This document shows positions 32,376-39,879 of a stretch of 44,617 nt of DNA, piece by piece (position 1 is the stretch's first letter; every line of letters begins with the position of its first letter). The DNA is from an uncultured Candidatus Peribacteria bacterium (lineage in GTDB: Bacteria; Patescibacteriota; Gracilibacteria; Peribacterales; Peribacteraceae): positions 1 through 44,617 of the forward strand of contig CAYZGJ010000001.1 of assembly GCA_964478005.1 (NCBI GenBank), written 5' to 3'. The position numbers were made by a program, and so were the translations under genes. The notes beneath the pieces were generated by a model that was given only the letters and a program-made list of their open reading frames with translations, was not told where the DNA came from and searched no databases.

Positions 32376-35300
32376 TCATGCCGCTTGTGCCGGTTGCACA
32401 TCGGATGGATCGATCGTTGCAGTGCGTTCAGGGCGAGAGACGGGCGTGGGAGGTGGACGGGGCAGAATCGCATCAGCGCGCTGCAATAATCCTTCCACCG
32501 AAAGCAGGTGTGTATCTGCTCCGATGGCAGCAAGAGTATCTGCCTGTCCGGACTTCGCCTGCTGCAATGCAATCTCATTGGGATCGTCGTCCAGGAGGGA
32601 GATACGCAACGCAGTGATGGCTGATGCCACATCTTCCGGTGTCAATGATGTGCTGCTTTGCGCTTTTGTGGAAAGATCGCGCAAAACCGTCAGTGCCCTC
32701 TCGGCGAACGCGCCGCGCGCGATAGCACGCAAACTTTCTTCACTCTGCCCCCTGCCCGGCATCCAAGACCAGCTGCGTCTGTCCGTCCAGTTGGAATAGT
32801 TCGCCGAAAGAATTTTTGCCTCGCAAGCCGCCAGTTCATGCTGCACTGCAAGGAGCATCTTCCACGGCATGTGCTCCCGGAACAGGGAAGGATGCGCCGC
32901 CAGCGATGCGATATCCATCACCTGCAGTGCCTCGACTTGCGCATAAGCCTCCTCAACCTCCGCTTCCTTTTCTTCCCACGATCGTTCATCGGACCGGCTG
33001 TTGCCCGCAGGATCACGCAGGAAAGCGCGCTGCTCCAGCGTGCGAATGCGAGCGTACAACTCCGCCTTACGTACGGTCTCGGGATCAACCGGCACAAATG
33101 TCTTCTGCGTCTTCTCCTTGAGGTAGGTGACCGCTGCCGTAGCAAAGTATCCCATTTCGTCGCGCAGGCGCTGCGCGATGCGCTCCTCCCGCTTCTCCGG
33201 AGGCAAGCCGCGATCGCTTTCCGACAGATCGTCTTCTGCAAGGGGCGGGAGGGACCAGAGTGCTGCCTGGCGGAAGTATCCGGCGTATCCTTGCATGCGC
33301 GCAGTGGCATCAGCTTTGTCAAATGTTTCAGACATGTCCGATGCCACGAGATTCAATTGCGGACCGGCAAGCATCTTTGCAGGATCGGCAGCGAGCGCCT
33401 GCCCCCATGTCTTCTCCTGTTGAATGTGGTGCAGAATGGCCCCCGGTGTTTCCTGTGACAGCTCTTGTTCATTTCTCAATAATCGCTTTGTCCCCGCTTC
33501 GATGTTCCGACGAATCGGTTGCGCTACAAGATTATTGGTAGCCAACATGGCAACACCAATCGGCATTCCAGGTGAGTACAGAAGTGCTGTTCCTGCTGCA
33601 TTGATTTCCAAACTTGCCGTGTTGCCCCAATTTAACTCTCGTTCCAATTGCGCTTTCTTTGCGGGGTCCGTCTCTGCATCTATCGCATCCAACAAACGTG
33701 GGCGCTCGTTTTGAAAATAATCGTATGCCTCATATCCGACTGCAGCCGTATCAAGTACCACCGTTCCCTTCACCACTTTCCCTAGCCGCGCTAGGCGGGC
33801 GGGAACGGGGATGTGAGAGATGATTCGGGAAGATATCCCCATAGCTGCGCTTCGTCCTCGTTCATACTGCCGTAAAAAGCCTCTCAGTGGGGGCGCGAGG
33901 AATGAACCGCGAATACTCACGAAGCGCTGAATATTGATCGCGTGTCTCAAAGCCGGTTGTCGTGCGATAAGGAGGGCTTTATTCCTCTCAGCTATGAGAC
34001 CATATTGCCTGAATTCAGCTGCCAATTGCATCCAAAGCGCTTTGTTATGCGGTGATGCCGTACACCTGTTGAGTAGTTCCTTGAGGCTGCTCCGCACCTG
34101 CGAAGACAAGGCCGTATTATCAAGAGCCGATTCGAATTTCTTATAACAATCCGCCGCATGCCCGATGGCCGAAACCGAAGGGCCGCCGATCATCCTTTGC
34201 GACGCATTGATCACCCGATTCACAGGGTCCGTATTGAGCGCGCGAATATGCCAGGACTTCAATCCATCTTGTACATTGGCATACGTAATAAACGGACGTG
34301 TAACGAACCGGCTTGCTTCTCCAACAGCTATTGTTGCGCCGAGGGCGGGCAAGGGCCATTCCTTTACAATGGATGACATAATCTCCATTGTTTCCACTCC
34401 CCCTCGCACAAAGGTATATCCTACCGTTTTGCCAATCATGACCAGCGAGGGCACCGCCTTTTCAAACATTTCCGGATAACTCATACTGACCCCGAGCTTC
34501 TGCCATTCCTCCTGCAACGTTTCGCCGCTGGCACCGGCCAGCTTCTTCGCAATTCTCTGGATGATGCGATATTTTCTATCGCTAAACCAACGTTCATCTG
34601 CATCCGCGACAAATTTCAGTACTTCCATCTGCATGAGAATGAGTCCGGTGGGATTCCCCTGTTTCATCATGCGCTTATAAAAATACAGGCGCAGTGCTTG
34701 ATGCGGAGGCATGCGGTCCAAGAGATAGGTGCGCACGCGCTCGGCATCGGTGTCCCCTTCATTGCTGGGGAAGATGTCATGGAAACAAGGGAGAATGAAA
34801 AGATGCGTGTCGCCGTTCTGAATCTCTTCAAAGACCTTTGCAATGATTTGATCCTCCAATGTTTCCGCAGGGTTGCGCCTTGCGTACTCAATGCGATCAG
34901 CCACGGTGGAGTTGACTGAGCTTGCCGCGGCAATCGCAAAAAGCTTGCCGCTATCGACCGCTGTTTCTTCCTCCGTCAAACCGAATTCCGCGGCATGCTC
35001 CCGCACGAACTGCTGCAATTCCCGTTGCAAGTCTTGGTTGCCGCGAGAAATAGTCTGCAAATCAAGATGCCGCAAAGCCTGCACGATATCCTGACCCTGT
35101 TCAATTTGTTGCGTGAATCCGTATAACACCTCCGTCACTGATTCCATCACGGCATACCGCAGATATTCCTTCAGTGTCATCGCATCCATTTGCATCTGCG
35201 CCTGTTCGGGTGAGATGCCATCTCTCTCCACGAGCTGTGCCAGTACTTCCGGCTCCTTCTCTGCGCAGAGCGACAACAGGAGTTCTGCTCCCTGCATTCT

Positions 35301-36416
35301 ATTGGAACGATCGGACTCAGGTATGATAAGGATTTCTTCCGCCGACACATTTTGCTCCAGTTTCTCAAAGATTGCACTCATCGGCTTATCTCCATTATTG
35401 AGGAGCAACCCTCCCATCTGATAGATCTTGGCACCGGAAGAAATGCCCCAGTCCCGATCATCCATATTTGCCAAGATAGCTCGCGCCAAAAAAATATCCG
35501 TGGGGTTTTCCACAATTTCAGCGAATTCACTCACGGCTTCAGATCCCGAAACAGGGACATCGGCTCCTTGTGAAGTAACAGGCCGTTCCGATAACCGAAC
35601 AGCGTCCGCAGCTTGGCGCAATTGTGCCTCTATCTCATTTTTTCTCTGCATCAACTTTCCGAATTCTGCGGCAGTCAATCCTTCCATCTGCGTAAGTTTG
35701 CGCTGCACTTCTTCAAATTCAACCTGCAATTTTTTCATCGCCATACCCTTCAGATATTTACCGGCGGCATTGATGCCAAAATACCCTCCTACCGTCAACA
35801 CGCCGGCGAGCGCCCCCCACTTGATCCATCCCCATCCTTTTCCAACTATCGCTCCGGCTTGATGCGCTCTTTGCTTCAATCCTTTCCCAATCCATCGTGC
35901 CAACAGCAATCCGCCTACGACCACCGCTCCCGTTCCTGCGTACATCGCCGCGCGCTTCTGTTCCTCCGGCGTCCAGGTGTGCGGCTTGTACCACTTCTTT
36001 TCGGCAGCGGAAGGAACCTGTGGCGGTGACGGCTGCCGCTCGGCAGGGGCTACCGCGGGTGCGGGAGCGCTCTCCGGTTGCGCGGGCGTTGCACTGACGG
36101 GAGGCAGTGATTCCAAATGCGTGCGCATAGCTTCCGTCACGCCGCGCAATTGCTCCAAGTCCGCCGCGACCAGATCCCTGTACGTGCGCCTCTCCAAGTC
36201 CTGAAGATTTGCCTGTATCAACGCGCGTTCCTGCGCATTCAATCCATCAAGATTACGTTTCAATGCGTCCAGAATCTGCGGCTTTTCGGCATCGGAAGTC
36301 GCTTGTATCTCGGTAAGTAGTTGTTGCAATTGTTCCTCCGTCCGATGGGGCGTGCGCACGGTCTCGACGATGCGCTCTGCAAGAGCGGGACCGGAGGAAG
36401 GTGTGGGTGTGGACAT
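32376..36416 (-). CDS. 1346-aa orphan protein with N-terminal TM hairpin and long helical/coiled-coil body
   Basis: Uninterrupted 4 kb ORF in the AT-richer patch. Pro-rich linker, then hydrophobic helices at about aa 156-176 and 195-217. No known motif recognised. Confidence 0.8.
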   Translation of the reverse strand: MSTPTPSSGPALAERIVETVRTPHRTEEQLQQLLTEIQATSDAEKPQILDALKRNLDGLNAQERALIQANLQDLERRTYRDLVAADLEQLRGVTEAMRTHLESLPPVSATPAQPESAPAPAVAPAERQPSPPQVPSAAEKKWYKPHTWTPEEQKRAAMYAGTGAVVVGGLLLARWIGKGLKQRAHQAGAIVGKGWGWIKWGALAGVLTVGGYFGINAAGKYLKGMAMKKLQVEFEEVQRKLTQMEGLTAAEFGKLMQRKNEIEAQLRQAADAVRLSERPVTSQGADVPVSGSEAVSEFAEIVENPTDIFLARAILANMDDRDWGISSGAKIYQMGGLLLNNGDKPMSAIFEKLEQNVSAEEILIIPESDRSNRMQGAELLLSLCAEKEPEVLAQLVERDGISPEQAQMQMDAMTLKEYLRYAVMESVTEVLYGFTQQIEQGQDIVQALRHLDLQTISRGNQDLQRELQQFVREHAAEFGLTEEETAVDSGKLFAIAAASSVNSTVADRIEYARRNPAETLEDQIIAKVFEEIQNGDTHLFILPCFHDIFPSNEGDTDAERVRTYLLDRMPPHQALRLYFYKRMMKQGNPTGLILMQMEVLKFVADADERWFSDRKYRIIQRIAKKLAGASGETLQEEWQKLGVSMSYPEMFEKAVPSLVMIGKTVGYTFVRGGVETMEIMSSIVKEWPLPALGATIAVGEASRFVTRPFITYANVQDGLKSWHIRALNTDPVNRVINASQRMIGGPSVSAIGHAADCYKKFESALDNTALSSQVRSSLKELLNRCTASPHNKALWMQLAAEFRQYGLIAERNKALLIARQPALRHAINIQRFVSIRGSFLAPPLRGFLRQYERGRSAAMGISSRIISHIPVPARLARLGKVVKGTVVLDTAAVGYEAYDYFQNERPRLLDAIDAETDPAKKAQLERELNWGNTASLEINAAGTALLYSPGMPIGVAMLATNNLVAQPIRRNIEAGTKRLLRNEQELSQETPGAILHHIQQEKTWGQALAADPAKMLAGPQLNLVASDMSETFDKADATARMQGYAGYFRQAALWSLPPLAEDDLSESDRGLPPEKREERIAQRLRDEMGYFATAAVTYLKEKTQKTFVPVDPETVRKAELYARIRTLEQRAFLRDPAGNSRSDERSWEEKEAEVEEAYAQVEALQVMDIASLAAHPSLFREHMPWKMLLAVQHELAACEAKILSANYSNWTDRRSWSWMPGRGQSEESLRAIARGAFAERALTVLRDLSTKAQSSTSLTPEDVASAITALRISLLDDDPNEIALQQAKSGQADTLAAIGADTHLLSVEGLLQRADAILPRPPPTPVSRPERTATIDPSDVQPAQAA

Positions 36417-36424
36417 ATCACATC

Positions 36425-36433
36425 AGTATAGCA
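36425..36433 (-). promoter_or_regulatory. extended -10 (TGCTATACT) 8 nt upstream of the giant ORF start
   Basis: The minus strand reads TGCTATACTGATGTGATATG. Confidence 0.4.
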
Positions 36434-36482
36434 AAAAACGATCCAAAATGCCACTTTACCTTGGTCTCCCGCTCTCCTATCC

Positions 36483-36701
36483 TCAGCCACGAAATGGTCG
36501 TCCCATGGCCCCGGCTACAGCCCCACGCACACCCGCAACAAGGGTCCTACCTAGGGCACCACCTGCATATCCGGCAGCAGATCCACTAAATACAACAGCA
36601 TCACCCAAGGTAGCAGCCACCCCACGTCTCGTGCCGGCGCATACATGTTCGACAGCACTTAGTGCAACGGGGCCCGTTTCAGGATGTCGTCGGACCGGCA
36701 T
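36483..36701 (-). CDS. Gly/Ala-rich small protein (72 aa), hypothetical
   Basis: Its start overlaps the stop of the 297-aa ORF as TAATG. GVAATLGDAVVFSGSAAGYAGGALGRTLVAGVRGAVAGAMG is glycine-zipper-like. Confidence 0.45.
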   Translation of the reverse strand: MPVRRHPETGPVALSAVEHVCAGTRRGVAATLGDAVVFSGSAAGYAGGALGRTLVAGVRGAVAGAMGRPFRG

Positions 36702-37594
36702 TATGCAGTTGTGGAAGCGGGAGGGGCATCTGCGGCCGGTGCAGCACCGGGAGTCTCGGGAGCGGCGGCGGGTGCGGGGGCAGGAGCAGCAGGTGCTTCA
36801 GGAGTGGATGCCGGTGGAGCGGATGCAGGAGCAGGAGTCGATTGCTGTTGCATATTCTCTTTCACTTTTTGCGCACTCTCCAATATATCCTTTGTAGTAA
36901 GTTTTTGCTTGTTCGAGGGGCTTTGCTCGACCACACTGATCAGAAAGGATGCAAGCGGAATCTGTTGCGCAGCCACTTTCCCGCTATTGACACTACTGAG
37001 AATTTTGACAACTTCTCGCATGTTCTCGTCATCCTTGGACCCCGCCTCAAATGTTCTCTTGTTTGCACTGAGAGCAGCGAAAAGCTCTTTCATCCCCGGC
37101 CCCTTCGGCAGCAGCCAATCGGGCACGGTGATTCCAAAACTCATTAAGGATGGTAAGAGCGGCCCCAACATTTTTGCCAGCAAATTTTGCAACTTATCCG
37201 CCGTCTCCATGAGCATATTCGTAATCTTTGTCACCGCACCCATGCCTTTTTCAATATTGTCTTGCGCAAAGAGCACCGTATTATCTTGGAATCTTTGATA
37301 AATACTGTCGATACTGAGTTGTGTAGCTTCTACAGCATCCCTCAATGCATCCGGCACTTCATCCAGTCGCCATTTGGCTACTTCAGTCTTGAGACCATCC
37401 AGAGCTTCTCCACTCATGTTCTTCACTTGCTCGCGCGCGTCTCTCAACGCAGTCAATGCGCTGTTCACGATATCTTCCGACACTTCCGCACCGGTCTCTT
37501 GCACTACTTTCATTCTTTCTCGTATTGCGCTCAGTGTATCGACTGGGCGCTCAGGTGGATTGGTGTCGGGTGCGGAACCGGGTGCGTTTGTCAT
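36701..37594 (-). CDS. 297-aa helical protein with Pro/Ala-rich C-terminal tail, hypothetical
   Basis: Long ORF in the same low-GC block, with no TM helix and no motif. The tail reads STPAPASAPPASTPEAPAAPAPAPAAAPETPGAAPAADAPPA. Confidence 0.6.
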   Translation of the reverse strand: MTNAPGSAPDTNPPERPVDTLSAIRERMKVVQETGAEVSEDIVNSALTALRDAREQVKNMSGEALDGLKTEVAKWRLDEVPDALRDAVEATQLSIDSIYQRFQDNTVLFAQDNIEKGMGAVTKITNMLMETADKLQNLLAKMLGPLLPSLMSFGITVPDWLLPKGPGMKELFAALSANKRTFEAGSKDDENMREVVKILSSVNSGKVAAQQIPLASFLISVVEQSPSNKQKLTTKDILESAQKVKENMQQQSTPAPASAPPASTPEAPAAPAPAPAAAPETPGAAPAADAPPASTTA

Positions 37595-37629
37595 ACGGAA
37601 AGATGGGAAGGGATGTGTGTATGAGTAAA

Positions 37630-37857
37630 TTAAGCAGCGAGTACAGAAGATAACTCCCTTGGAGTACCGGAAGGATTCAATGCGTCCTGCAGTGAAGTAA
37701 CTTTGTTGATTTCTTCCCCAACAAGCCCATGAACATCATTGTTGATTTGCAATTGAAGATCCGGAAGCGACGGCGTCTCTACGGGATCGTGTGATGCAAA
37801 ATGATCAGACTGATCGTTTGCTGCATCAGGCGTCTCGAAAGCATCAGGATGATTCAT
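37630..37857 (-). CDS. 75-aa acidic protein, hypothetical
   Basis: First ORF of the low-GC block. Candidate promoter TTGCGG-17-TAGAAT lies upstream. Confidence 0.4.
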   Translation of the reverse strand: MNHPDAFETPDAANDQSDHFASHDPVETPSLPDLQLQINNDVHGLVGEEINKVTSLQDALNPSGTPRELSSVLAA

Positions 37858-37884
37858 GAATGCGTTTGGTATGTATTTGCCACT

Positions 37885-37913
37885 ATTCTACTCCAAAACA
37901 TCAAAATCCGCAA
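37885..37913 (-). promoter_or_regulatory. candidate sigma70-like promoter for the low-GC cluster
   Basis: The minus strand reads TTGCGG (37913-37908), 17-nt spacer, TAGAAT (37890-37885). Confidence 0.4.
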
Positions 37914-37976
37914 CCACCGCCCCACGGGCCGCTCGGATGTGCTACCATGCCCCCGTTCCTTCCCCCCTCGCTCTCT

Positions 37977-38333
37977 ATGCACATCGAGCACTACGAGAAA
38001 GGCATCCGGTATACGGACAAGGAATTGCTGCTGCTGGCCCGGAAGCTGGGCAAAATGGCGACGTACTGCAGCCGGCTGAAGGACGAGTCGTCCGTCATCC
38101 GCGTGGATGCCCAGCGGCGGCCGACCAAGAAGGCACGTGACGAGGTGCACGTGACGATCACCGTGGAACTGCCCCGGAAGACGCTGCGGAGCGAGTCGCG
38201 CAAGGCAACGGTCGTCGAAGCGATTGACCGCTGCGTGGAGAAGATGGAGCCGCAACTGCTGAAGTACAAGGACGCCTGGACCACCAAGGGCAAGCGCATC
38301 CGGCAAGCCCGCTCTCCCATCCCCGCCCGCTGA
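37977..38333 (+). CDS. hpf: ribosome hibernation promoting factor / RaiA family (short form)
   Basis: MHIEHYEKGIRYTDKELLLLARKL...VHVTITVELPRKTLRSESRKATVVEAIDRCVEKMEPQLLKYKD. Alternative ATG at 37947. Confidence 0.75.
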   Translation: MHIEHYEKGIRYTDKELLLLARKLGKMATYCSRLKDESSVIRVDAQRRPTKKARDEVHVTITVELPRKTLRSESRKATVVEAIDRCVEKMEPQLLKYKDAWTTKGKRIRQARSPIPAR

Positions 38334-38337
38334 TCCC

Positions 38338-39879
38338 ATGCGCCGATTGCTTTCCGTCACCGGCCCGGTTCTCTGCTGCCTCGCCCTCGCTGCCTGGGCG
38401 CCGGGGGCGGCCGCGCAGGAAGACGTCCTGCCTGAGGCGGGCACGGGCGCGGCCGCGGCGCGGGCCGTCATCACCGGACCCCGGGACGTGGCGGCGGGGC
38501 GCACCATCGTGCTCGACGGGTCGCTCTCCACGGCCGAGGGGGAGATCACCGGCTACCGGTGGTTCCTGGAGGGGCAGCAGCGTCCCATCAGCGAGACGGT
38601 GGAGGCGGTCTTCACGCCGGAGAATGCGGGGACGCTCGTCTTCCGCCTCACGGTGACGGCGCAACTGCCCGACGGCACGGAGGTGACGGGCACCGCGACG
38701 CATAGTGTGACGGTCTACAGCCGCAAGATCGTGCTGGTGGCCGATGCGTCGGTGTCCTCCGACCGACTCGAGCTCCACCGGCAAATGGCGGCGGACGCGG
38801 ACATCTTCCTCAGCATCCTCCAGCCGCCTCCGTCTCCCGCGCCCATCGGGGCCGAAGAGGCACTCATCACGCTGCTGTCCGAGCAGAGCGCGGCCTTCGT
38901 GGGGGCGGACGCCATCGTCCTGTGGACGGACGGCATCACGGGGCTGCAGGCGCTCACCAGCGTGCTCCAGGATGACGGGCGGCTGCTGGCCGGCGTGCGC
39001 AACCAGAGCATCATCCTCCTCTCGGAACGGGGGCTGGGCACCCTGGGACGCATTGCGCGCGGGACGTTCTCCGCGCTCGAGCCCCGCCAGATTCTGCTCA
39101 CGCGCCGCGAAGCGTTGGGGCCGCTCTTCGCCGCGCCCACCATCGATGCCTTCCTCGTCTCCCTCGCGGAGCGTGACATTGAGGTGCTGCGCATCGACGA
39201 GAGCACCGCCGGCCTGCGTCCGTGGAACCTGCTCTCGGGCCTCGTGAACCTGATGCTCACCAAGGGGGTGCCGAGCCAGACGGTCATCCTGCTCCTGGTG
39301 CTCCCCGTCATCGCCATGATCCTCGCCTTCCTCAAGCAGGTCGTGGGCATCACCACGTTCGGCCTCTACACGCCGTCGATCATCGCGCTGAGTTTCCTCG
39401 CGCTGGGGTGGCAGCTGGGCGTGCTCTTCCTCTGCTTCATCGTGGCGACGGGCTACCTGACGCGCGCGCTCATGCGCACCTGGCGCCTGCTCTACATTCC
39501 GAAGGTCGCCATCATCCTGACGGTCGTGAGCGTCACGCTGCTGCTGCTGACGGGCGTCAGCGCGTACTTCGACATCACCTTCTCGCGGGAGACGATCTTC
39601 ATCCTGCTCATCATGAGCACGCTGGCGGAGAGTTTCCTGAACCTGAAGACGGAGCAGGGCTGGACCTCGGCGATCATCGGCATCGGCGAGACGATTCTGG
39701 CGGCGCTGCTGTGCGTGTTCCTCGTGCAGTGGACGGTGTTCCAGTCGCTCATTCTGGCCTACCCGGAGCTGCTGCTGCTCACCGTCGTCGTCGACGTCAT
39801 TCTGGGCCGATGGACGGGGCTGCGGCTGGTCGAGTACTTCCGTTTCCGCGAAGTGTTCCTCCACCTGAAAGAGGAATGA
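38338..39879 (+). CDS. secreted-domain plus 7TM membrane protein (7TM_transglut-type C-terminus)
   Basis: Signal peptide. Ig/PKD-like stretch (ITGPRDVAAGRTIVLDGSLS...GYRWFLEG...TVTVY). C-terminal seven TM helices ending ILGRWTGLRLVEYFRFREV, typical of 7TM partners of RimK-like ATP-grasp ligases. Confidence 0.75.
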   Translation: MRRLLSVTGPVLCCLALAAWAPGAAAQEDVLPEAGTGAAAARAVITGPRDVAAGRTIVLDGSLSTAEGEITGYRWFLEGQQRPISETVEAVFTPENAGTLVFRLTVTAQLPDGTEVTGTATHSVTVYSRKIVLVADASVSSDRLELHRQMAADADIFLSILQPPPSPAPIGAEEALITLLSEQSAAFVGADAIVLWTDGITGLQALTSVLQDDGRLLAGVRNQSIILLSERGLGTLGRIARGTFSALEPRQILLTRREALGPLFAAPTIDAFLVSLAERDIEVLRIDESTAGLRPWNLLSGLVNLMLTKGVPSQTVILLLVLPVIAMILAFLKQVVGITTFGLYTPSIIALSFLALGWQLGVLFLCFIVATGYLTRALMRTWRLLYIPKVAIILTVVSVTLLLLTGVSAYFDITFSRETIFILLIMSTLAESFLNLKTEQGWTSAIIGIGETILAALLCVFLVQWTVFQSLILAYPELLLLTVVVDVILGRWTGLRLVEYFRFREVFLHLKEE

